The position numbers were made by a program, and so were the translations under genes. This document shows positions 1 to 7,821 of a stretch of DNA of 64,000 nt, piece by piece; positions within the stretch are counted from its first letter, which is position 1, and each line of letters begins with the position of its first letter. The notes under the pieces were generated by a model that did not search any database, was not told where the DNA came from, and worked only from the letters and a program-made list of their open reading frames with translations. Source of the DNA: Patescibacteria group bacterium (GTDB lineage: Bacteria; Patescibacteriota; Patescibacteriia; GWA2-46-9); contig JBAYUF010000004.1 of NCBI GenBank assembly GCA_041675205.1, forward strand, positions 29,898 to 93,897. The letters are read 5' to 3'.

Positions 1-76
1 TTCTTTGCCCGCACAAAGAAAGGGGCAATTTCTCACCTTGAAAAATGGTCTAAAAACTGAGATACTTTTCGATACT

Positions 77-3064
77 ATGCAGGAAACAAGCAGCACAACA
101 GAAGCAAACGAATTGCTGCCAAAAACCTACGACCCATCAACGGTTGAAACGAGCGTGTACGAAGCGTGGGAGAAAAGTGGCGCATTTTCTCCAAAGGAAG
201 GTAATGCTGAGCCGTTTGTCATGAGTCTCCCACCACCGAACGCGACCGGCACCCTACACCTTGGGCATTCAGTCATGCTCTCTATTCAAGATGTCCTGGC
301 TCGTTATCACCGTTTGCGAGGTGAGCCAACACTCTGGGTGCCCGGCACCGATCACGCCGCCATTGCGACGCAGAACGTTGTTGAAAAACAAATCTGGGAA
401 GCGGAAAAGAAAACGAGGCACGACATTGGTCGAGAAGAACTCCTCAAACGCATCGACGCATTTGTTGTTGGTTCGCAAGACACGATGCGGAAACAAATGC
501 GGCGTATGGGTGCCTCGCTCGATTGGTCGCGTGAACGCTTTACGCTGGATACCGGCCTGTCGCGATGCGTATCGCTCGTTTTCAAAATGATGTACGACGA
601 CGGCCTCATCTATCGAGGCAACCGTATCGTGAATTGGTGCACTCGCTGTCAAACAACATTAGCTGACGACGAGGTAAACTATAAAGAAGAGCAGGTCCCC
701 TTTTACCACTTCAAGTTCGGACCATTTAGCATCGGCACGGTTCGTCCGGAAACAAAATTGGGCGACAAATATGTCGTCGTGCACCCAACAGACGAACGCT
801 ACATTGAGTATCACGGCCTCAAAAAAACCATTCCGTGGATTAGCGACGACGTTGAAATGACAGTACTCGCAGACGAAGCGGCCGACCCAACAATGGGTTC
901 TGGTGCCATGACCATCACGCCGCAACATTCCTTTGTTGACTTCGATATAGCCGGTCGGCACAACCTTACCGTAAACGAAAATATCATTGGGCTAGACGGC
1001 ACCCTGACATCCGCCGCTGGTGAATTCGCTGGACTCACTGTGAAAGAGGCACGTAAAAAATTCGTGGAGATTCTTACGGCCAAAGGTTTAGTTGAAAAAA
1101 TAGACGAAGATTACGTTCACAATGTTTCGGTTTGCTACCGTTGCGCTACACCTGTGGAACCACTCGTTTCAAAGCAGTGGTTCGTTGCCGTGAACAAACC
1201 ATTTAAATTGAAGAGAAACACTTTAAATTATAAAAAAGACAGTCTGGTTACGCTTAAGGTCCTTTGCCTTGCTGCGGTAAATGATGCAGACCCTGGACTT
1301 AGTGTTGACGACGAGTTTCAAAGAAACGTACGTGACCAAATTTTATTTGAACAATTTTCTAAGCCCGAAGTTACAGAGCTTCGCTCTAAGCAGGCAATTA
1401 ACATTATACCGGAGCGATTTCAAAAAATTTATCTGAATTGGATTACAAATTTGCACGACTGGTGCATCTCCAGGCAAATCTGGTACGGACATCGGATCCC
1501 GGTTTGGTATGATATAACCGATCCAAAAAATGAGAACGGCATTTTTCATTACAGAAGCGGGATTGTTTTCAAACTGTTTGATACTGAAGCAAACACCTTC
1601 TTAACATGGAGCCAAGACGCCTTAAAGAAAGGTGAATCTATTCCTACGTGGGCTCAATTTGGAGAAGTAAGAATTATTAACTTCGCAATGGCCAATCTTC
1701 TTAATAAAAATTTTGGCTTGAGCTGGACTGATATAAAAGCTGACGCAGAAGTAAAAACACATAATTTGCCAGACAAAAGCGAGATTGTAACACAAAAAAT
1801 GTACTCTCTTGATTCGAAATATATCCAAGACCCAGACACGCTCGACACATGGTTCTCGTCTGGTATGTGGACGTTCTCAACACTGCTCAGTAGCGACGGC
1901 GACACAGCGACGTTAGACAGCTGGCGAGAAACATCACCCGACGTAAAACGGTTTCACCCAACAACAGTCCTTGAAACAGGCTACGACATTATCTTCTTCT
2001 GGGTTGCCAGGATGATTCTCATGACCACGTATGCACTGAATGAAGTGCCGTTTAAAACCGTGTACCTGCACGGGCTGGTAAAAGATCGCGAAGGTCGCAA
2101 GATGAGTAAGTCGCTCGGTAACGGCATTGATCCCATTGCGATGATTGAAAAGTATGGGGCCGACTCGCTACGTCTCTCTATGGTTGTCGGCACGACACCA
2201 GGAAACGACTTCCGCCTCTTTGAAGAAAAAATCGCCGGCTACCGAAATTTCGTAAACAAACTTTGGAATATTAGCCGCTTTATTCTCACCACCACCAAAG
2301 CTACAACAGCTGCCCCAACCCCAACCACTACGGCTGACCACTGGATTCTCGCCGAGTTCGCAGAAACAAATCGTCTGGTCACAACGCACATCGAAGCATT
2401 CCGGTTTTCTGCGGCTGCCGAAGCCCTGTATGAGTTCACCTGGGCCAAACTGGCTGATTGGTACGTTGAAGTTGCAAAAATTGAAGGTGCGAAAGATGCC
2501 ATCTTGCGTTCCATTCTCAAAGATTTACTCATCCTCTGGCACCCGTTCACCCCGTTTATTACCGAACACCTTTGGGCAAAACTGCACACTGAACCGAGTC
2601 AACTTATTTCTTATGAGTGGCCGAAACCATTGGAAGGCGCGAGCACCGAAGAACATCAAAACTTCCAATGGCTTCAGGCAATTATTACCGCGGCTCGTGA
2701 CCTCCGCCAGGAACTAGGCAATGCACCGGGCGTAACCGTGTACCTGCTCTCTAGTAACAGCACACTCGCCGCCAGTCCGCTTATTCAAAAAATGGCTCGG
2801 GTGGAAGTCTCGCTGGTCACTGAACTGCCCGAGGCGGCAACGCTTCGCCGCACTGTGCCTACTGGCACTATCGCCGCCATCCCCTCAGTAGCTTCTAAGA
2901 CCTTACGAGACGAAGAACGAATTGAGCTTGAACGCTATATTGCTTTGCTTGAAAGCCGCCTCGAAGACGAGGCGTTCCGCTCTCGGGCGCCGGCTGCTAT
3001 TGTAAAGAAGGAAGAGGAACGCTTGCACGACGCCAAAGAACGTTTTAACAGTCTTATTGGCTAG
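77..3064 (+). CDS. valS: Valyl-tRNA synthetase (class I aaRS)
   Basis: Class I HLGH motif (PPPNATGTLHLGH), KMSKS motif (GRKMSKSLGNGI) and a C-terminal coiled-coil are present. The six-frame ORF opens at TTG 5; the ATG at 77 (MQETSS..LPKTYDP) matches the canonical ValRS N-terminus. Confidence 0.93.
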   Translation: MQETSSTTEANELLPKTYDPSTVETSVYEAWEKSGAFSPKEGNAEPFVMSLPPPNATGTLHLGHSVMLSIQDVLARYHRLRGEPTLWVPGTDHAAIATQNVVEKQIWEAEKKTRHDIGREELLKRIDAFVVGSQDTMRKQMRRMGASLDWSRERFTLDTGLSRCVSLVFKMMYDDGLIYRGNRIVNWCTRCQTTLADDEVNYKEEQVPFYHFKFGPFSIGTVRPETKLGDKYVVVHPTDERYIEYHGLKKTIPWISDDVEMTVLADEAADPTMGSGAMTITPQHSFVDFDIAGRHNLTVNENIIGLDGTLTSAAGEFAGLTVKEARKKFVEILTAKGLVEKIDEDYVHNVSVCYRCATPVEPLVSKQWFVAVNKPFKLKRNTLNYKKDSLVTLKVLCLAAVNDADPGLSVDDEFQRNVRDQILFEQFSKPEVTELRSKQAINIIPERFQKIYLNWITNLHDWCISRQIWYGHRIPVWYDITDPKNENGIFHYRSGIVFKLFDTEANTFLTWSQDALKKGESIPTWAQFGEVRIINFAMANLLNKNFGLSWTDIKADAEVKTHNLPDKSEIVTQKMYSLDSKYIQDPDTLDTWFSSGMWTFSTLLSSDGDTATLDSWRETSPDVKRFHPTTVLETGYDIIFFWVARMILMTTYALNEVPFKTVYLHGLVKDREGRKMSKSLGNGIDPIAMIEKYGADSLRLSMVVGTTPGNDFRLFEEKIAGYRNFVNKLWNISRFILTTTKATTAAPTPTTTADHWILAEFAETNRLVTTHIEAFRFSAAAEALYEFTWAKLADWYVEVAKIEGAKDAILRSILKDLLILWHPFTPFITEHLWAKLHTEPSQLISYEWPKPLEGASTEEHQNFQWLQAIITAARDLRQELGNAPGVTVYLLSSNSTLAASPLIQKMARVEVSLVTELPEAATLRRTVPTGTIAAIPSVASKTLRDEERIELERYIALLESRLEDEAFRSRAPAAIVKKEEERLHDAKERFNSLIG

Positions 3065-4274
3065 TATGCCTAAAATCAAAACGGACCCAAAAATAATTCA
3101 TCGTCTACTCACTCGTGGTGTAGAAACTGTTTACCCTACAAAAGAGGCTTTAGAGAAAGTTTTGTTATCGGGTAAAAAGTTGCGGATTTTTCATGGCATT
3201 GATCCGACCGGTAAGCTACACATTGGACACAGTGTCAGCTTGAGGAAACTTCGACAATTTCAGGACTTGGGGCACGAGGTTATTGTGCTCATTGGAGACT
3301 TTACGGCTCGCATTGGCGACCCGACCGATAAAAGCGCGACGAGGCAAGCATTGTCTAAGCGTGAGGTGCTTCAGAACGCTCACGACTATAAAAAAATAAT
3401 TGGTAAAATTTTAGATCTAAAGAAAACAAACGTCCGTTTTCTGCACAACGAAAAATGGACGAATAAGTTAAAGCCCGAGAACTTACTCGAGCTGGCGTCT
3501 TCGTTTACCGTTTCACGCCTCTTAGAACGGGACATGTTCCAAAACAGAATTAAAGAGGGCAAAGAAATACGCGTCCACGAATTTCTCTACCCAATTTTTC
3601 AAGCCTACGACAGCGTTACCATGGATGTCGATATTGAAATTGGTGGTAACGACCAAACATTTAACATGCTGGCTGGGCGAACACTGCTGAGAAAGTTAAA
3701 AGACAAAGAAAAATTTGTTTTGGCAATGAAGCTGTTAACGAATGCCGACGGCAAAAAAATGGGCAAAACCGAGGGTGTAAAAATCAATCTTGACTCCGCT
3801 GCTACTGACATGTACGGAATGCTGATGGCTGTGCCCGACACTTCTATTATCGACTTCTTTACATTGTGTACCGATGAATCGGACGAAGAAATAGAAAAAA
3901 TGAGGCGAGTACTCGCGTCTAGTTCATCAAACCCGCGCGACCTTAAAATGAAGTTGGCTCGAACAATTGTTGCGCTCTACCACAACGTGAAAGAAGCCAA
4001 AAAGGCGGAAGCAAATTTTGTAAACGTATTCCAAAATAAAGAGCAACCTGAATCAATTCCCACAGTCAAACTGACAAAGTGGCCAAAGACAATTCTTCAG
4101 GCGCTCGTTGTCTCAGGCCTCGCAACCAGTATGAGTGAGGCGCGACGCTACGTTGTGCAAGGTGGTGTACGCATTGCTGACAGTGTGGTCACCGACCCAA
4201 ATGCAATGCTCCCCGCTTCTCCGGTCATCATCAGCCGCGGCAAGCGACATTATTGCCGACTTCAAAAACAGTAA
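3057..4274 (+). CDS. tyrS: Tyrosyl-tRNA synthetase with C-terminal S4 domain
   Basis: HIGH motif (KLHIGHSV), KMSKS variant (KKMGKTEG) and an S4-like C-terminus are present. The start overlaps the valS stop by 8 nt. Confidence 0.88.
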   Translation: MASMPKIKTDPKIIHRLLTRGVETVYPTKEALEKVLLSGKKLRIFHGIDPTGKLHIGHSVSLRKLRQFQDLGHEVIVLIGDFTARIGDPTDKSATRQALSKREVLQNAHDYKKIIGKILDLKKTNVRFLHNEKWTNKLKPENLLELASSFTVSRLLERDMFQNRIKEGKEIRVHEFLYPIFQAYDSVTMDVDIEIGGNDQTFNMLAGRTLLRKLKDKEKFVLAMKLLTNADGKKMGKTEGVKINLDSAATDMYGMLMAVPDTSIIDFFTLCTDESDEEIEKMRRVLASSSSNPRDLKMKLARTIVALYHNVKEAKKAEANFVNVFQNKEQPESIPTVKLTKWPKTILQALVVSGLATSMSEARRYVVQGGVRIADSVVTDPNAMLPASPVIISRGKRHYCRLQKQ

Positions 4275-5996
4275 ATGAACGCGCTCCAGATTGCTAAAGC
4301 AGAACTCATAACAGTCCTCGCTGCACATGATTATTCAGTGACAGCGCACGAGGTCATTATTCCTGAAGCGAGTCTGGGGGACCTGGCGCTCGCCTGCTTC
4401 TCTATTGCAAAAAAACACAGTGTGCCACCACCGCAAGCTGCCAAACAAACGACTGAGCTTATAAACAGCTACGTCGCCGCAACACCAGATTCGTTGCTAA
4501 GTGGCGCCACCGCCGTTGGACCGTACCTCAATATAACCTTGCGACGGTCAGCCTTTGCGGCGCTCATCACCGTCGACAATGATTTATTAGCCACAATACG
4601 CCAAGAAAAACCGGAGCGATTGCTGGTTGAGTTTATTTCGCCAAATACCAATAAGCCCCTGCACATTGGACACCTCAGAAACGCCTGCCTTGGCTGGAGC
4701 ATTAGTGAACTACTCAAAGCAGAGGGGCATGAGGTAATCCGAGCTGAAATTATTAACGACCGCGGTGTTCATATAATGAAATCCCTCTTGGCGTACGAAC
4801 GCTGGGGCAACAGCCAAACACCGGAAACCGCAAACAAAAAATCGGACCACTTCGTGGGCGACTACTATGTGCAGTTTGCCAATGAAGCAAAACAAAACCC
4901 AGACCTCGACGCTGAAGTCTTAACGTATCTACAGCGCTGGGAAGCTGGCGACGAAGCACTAAGAAAACTTTGGCAGCAAATGAACACCTGGGCAGAAGAG
5001 GGTCAAACGACCACCTGTAAAAGGCTCGGTATAGCTTTTGACCGCGTTGACTACGAAAGTAACATTTACGAAGCGGGTCGAAAACTTGTTGAAGAAGCCG
5101 CTGCAGCAGGGCTAGCGACAAAAAAAGACGACGGCTCGATTGTCGCCCCTATCACCACCGCTTCCGAAGAAGGACCAAAAGAAAAGGTGCTGCTGCGAGG
5201 TGATGGTACAACGGTCTACATCACCCAAGACTTAGCATTAGCGGCGCTCAGAATGCAGGAGCTTCGTCCAGCCCGCATGCTGTTTGTTGTGGCGCAGGAA
5301 CAAGATTATCACTTTACCGTACTCTTTGAGCTACTAGAACGGTTCCATGTTGTGTCGCGCGATAATGTTGAACACGTCAGCTACCACCTCGTTTCACTCC
5401 CGGAAGGTAGAATGAAATCACGAGAAGGTACAGTGGCAGACATTGATCCCCTGCTTGACGAACTCATGCTCCTTGCAAAAACAGAACTTAAAAACAGAAC
5501 CACTGAACTAACCGAAGCTGAGTACAACGCCCGGGCCGAAACTATTGCGCTAGCTGCGGCAAAGTTTTACATGCTCTCTGTTCGGCCGTCCTCAGATATA
5601 ACCTTTAACCCGAAAGAGTCTTTAAGTTTCACGGGGAAAACCGGTCCTTATCTTCTCTACACGCATGCCCGACTACGAAGCATTCTTCGCAAAGCCGGTG
5701 CGGCTGCTGGTGCTCAAACTCCAGCGACGTTAACTGATGCAGAATGGGGCGTTATAAAAACAATCGGGCTTTTACCAGAAACGGTTTCCTTCGCGGCCAA
5801 GCATCGTGATCCGTCACGCATCGCTGACTATGCGTACACCTTAGCGCGCGCTATTGCCGCCTTCTATGAAGCCGATCCAGTGCTGACGGCCGACGAAGCA
5901 ACCCGCACGTGGCGGCTGACGCTACTCACCAAAGCCGACAGCGCACTCGTTACCGCCTTGTCGCTCCTCGGTATACAAACACTCGAAGAAATGTAA
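4275..5996 (+). CDS. argS: Arginyl-tRNA synthetase
   Basis: The ArgRS signature SPNTNKPLHIGHLRNA and a DALR-type C-terminal anticodon-binding region are present. The ATG directly follows the tyrS stop. Confidence 0.93.
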   Translation: MNALQIAKAELITVLAAHDYSVTAHEVIIPEASLGDLALACFSIAKKHSVPPPQAAKQTTELINSYVAATPDSLLSGATAVGPYLNITLRRSAFAALITVDNDLLATIRQEKPERLLVEFISPNTNKPLHIGHLRNACLGWSISELLKAEGHEVIRAEIINDRGVHIMKSLLAYERWGNSQTPETANKKSDHFVGDYYVQFANEAKQNPDLDAEVLTYLQRWEAGDEALRKLWQQMNTWAEEGQTTTCKRLGIAFDRVDYESNIYEAGRKLVEEAAAAGLATKKDDGSIVAPITTASEEGPKEKVLLRGDGTTVYITQDLALAALRMQELRPARMLFVVAQEQDYHFTVLFELLERFHVVSRDNVEHVSYHLVSLPEGRMKSREGTVADIDPLLDELMLLAKTELKNRTTELTEAEYNARAETIALAAAKFYMLSVRPSSDITFNPKESLSFTGKTGPYLLYTHARLRSILRKAGAAAGAQTPATLTDAEWGVIKTIGLLPETVSFAAKHRDPSRIADYAYTLARAIAAFYEADPVLTADEATRTWRLTLLTKADSALVTALSLLGIQTLEEM

Positions 5997-6046
5997 TTTG
6001 CCGCTCCGTCACTTGCGCGAGTAGTGCTTCGTTAATTTTTATACGC

Positions 6047-6907
6047 ATGTCGCTTCTCACCTTTTTTCACACCTACCTCCCCTCACCCATCATTACAACC
6101 GTTGGGGCATTACAACTGCACTGGTACGGTTTTTTTTATTTGCTAAGCTTCCTCGTTGGCTACGGATTGCTTGTTCACCGGCTGCAAAAGCTCAAGGCCG
6201 AGGGCAATGCAGCTACTAGAATACTCTACGACCGACTCCCCGGCTTTGCTGCTGGGCTAATTGTAAGCGGCATTATCGGCGCTCGACTGTATCACGTAGC
6301 AACACAGTGGTCGTATTATCAAGCCAACCTCTCTGAAATTCCTTTCCTCAATCACGGTGGGCTAGCCATTCACGGCGGACTCTTAGCAGGTGCCATATAC
6401 ATTGTTTGGTTTTCTCGTCGACACCTTCAACCATACCTGAAACCAACAGCTGCATTTTTATTTACTGCCGACCTCTTGGCGCCCGTTGTGCTTCTCGGCC
6501 AAGCCATTGGCCGTTGGGGTAACTACTTCAATCAAGAACTGTTTGGTTTACCAACAAGCTTGCCGTGGGGTATTCCCATTGCGCTCACCCACCGACCAGT
6601 GCTTTATACTGCAGCTACCCACTTTCACCCAGTATTTTTTTATGAATTTCTTTGGGACATACTAGGCGCCGCGGTTCTTTTTCTATTACAAAAGATAAAA
6701 TCAAAAAGAACGCTGCCTGGCAATGGGCATATTTTCTCGATGTATCTTATCTGGATGGGTCTTGGCCGAACGCTCGTTGAATTATTGCGGATTGAGCCAA
6801 CGCTCATGTTCTTTGATATTCGAATTCACCTACTTACCGCAATCGCCTTAACAGCAGCTGGTATAGCTTTCTTTACTGTTGCCCAAATGCAAAATCGGAC
6901 TGTATAA
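6047..6907 (+). CDS. lgt: Prolipoprotein diacylglyceryl transferase
   Basis: The Lgt signature GRWGNYFNQELFG is present in a multi-TM protein. The internal ATG at 6047 is preferred over the upstream frame extension, which translates as junk. Confidence 0.88.
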   Translation: MSLLTFFHTYLPSPIITTVGALQLHWYGFFYLLSFLVGYGLLVHRLQKLKAEGNAATRILYDRLPGFAAGLIVSGIIGARLYHVATQWSYYQANLSEIPFLNHGGLAIHGGLLAGAIYIVWFSRRHLQPYLKPTAAFLFTADLLAPVVLLGQAIGRWGNYFNQELFGLPTSLPWGIPIALTHRPVLYTAATHFHPVFFYEFLWDILGAAVLFLLQKIKSKRTLPGNGHIFSMYLIWMGLGRTLVELLRIEPTLMFFDIRIHLLTAIALTAAGIAFFTVAQMQNRTV

Positions 6908-6914
6908 TATTATT

Positions 6915-7460
6915 ATGCGTAAACTCATACTATTATTCGGTATTACCGTACTCCTCACGCTACCTCTTTCTAAAGTCAGTGCTGAGCAAATTGGGACGTG
7001 TAACTGTATTCCAACTGGTTCAGGAACAGCGCAGACTTACTTCAATTTGCCTGAACAAGACTGTGGCTTTAAAGAGGCAGAATTAACTGCCAGTTGCTCC
7101 TGGTCGCCAACTTCAGGCGCAGAAACAAATACAGGGATATATCCAACTGGTGCTGAAACAAAAACCGGCGGTTTAGGCGCGGGTAAAGCCGTAAATCTTT
7201 CAAACCCTCTTGGTGAAGGAAATGTTGATGTGAAGCTGATTATCGGCCGCGTCATTCGAACTACCCTCGGTATCGTTGGCTCAATTGCGCTCATTATTTT
7301 TGTTTACGGCGGCCTTCTCTGGACAACCAGTGCTGGTAACGCAGAGCAAGTGAAAAAAGGAACGGATACCCTACTGTGGGCAGCCATTGGGTTAACAGTT
7401 ATTTTCACAAGCTACACCTTGGTTAGCTTCCTCCTCGAAACCATAACGCAGACATCATAA
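6915..7460 (+). CDS. Small secreted protein with TrbC/VirB2-like (T4SS pilin-like) C-terminal double-TM domain
   Basis: It has a signal peptide (MRKLILLFGITVLLTLPLSKVSA) and a Cys-rich N-region. The C-terminus (LIIGRVIRTTLGIVGSIALIIFVYGGLLWTTSAGNAEQVKKGTDTLLWAAIGLTVIFTSY) resembles the conjugative pilin-like family common in CPR bacteria. Confidence 0.6.
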   Translation: MRKLILLFGITVLLTLPLSKVSAEQIGTCNCIPTGSGTAQTYFNLPEQDCGFKEAELTASCSWSPTSGAETNTGIYPTGAETKTGGLGAGKAVNLSNPLGEGNVDVKLIIGRVIRTTLGIVGSIALIIFVYGGLLWTTSAGNAEQVKKGTDTLLWAAIGLTVIFTSYTLVSFLLETITQTS

Positions 7461-7484
7461 TTTTCTTAGATCTTTGCAAATAAG

Positions 7485-7510
7485 CCTCGCACGTGCGGGG
7501 TTTATTTTTT
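7485..7510 (+). terminator. Rho-independent terminator after pilin-like gene
   Basis: A GC hairpin (cctcgc-acgt-gcgggg) is followed by the run tttatttttt. Confidence 0.7.
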
Positions 7511-7821
7511 ATGTCCCCTTAAACTGAGCAAGCAAATAGACGCTCAAAATTAGCTTATTATTGACAAGGGCCAATTTCTATGCCACTATACTTAGTTCTT
7601 TTTAAATTGCGCCTCCAGCGCACATTTGAAAAGGATGATCTTCCAGGACTTTGAAAAAAGAATAGGAAGAATGCCACGCAAACCTAGCGTGGTGTGCTGC
7701 GTGAAAACGCAGTTCATCATCATGAGGTAAACAATAACCCCGTGGGTCGCTATTGCGAACCCGCCACCACCCGCCGAGTACAAGATGCTCGTGCGGTTTT
7801 CTGCATACAGGAGAAAAACCA

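Noticed and set aside
5-76. Six-frame ORF extends valS to a TTG at position 5
   Set aside because: The canonical ValRS N-terminus (LPKTYDP...VE..Y..W) begins at the ATG at 77. The upstream extension has no similarity to ValRS and likely reflects the open frame at the window edge.
5909-6046. Upstream extension of lgt ORF (MAADATHQSRQRTRYR...)
   Set aside because: It overlaps the argS 3' end in another frame and is Arg-rich junk; Lgt homology begins at the ATG at 6047.
7561-7592. TTGACA...TATACT promoter-like hexamers upstream of island gene A
   Set aside because: The spacer is 20 nt if TATACT is used, or the -10 is weak (CACTAT) at 17 nt. It lies about 230 nt from the start, which is too uncertain to annotate.
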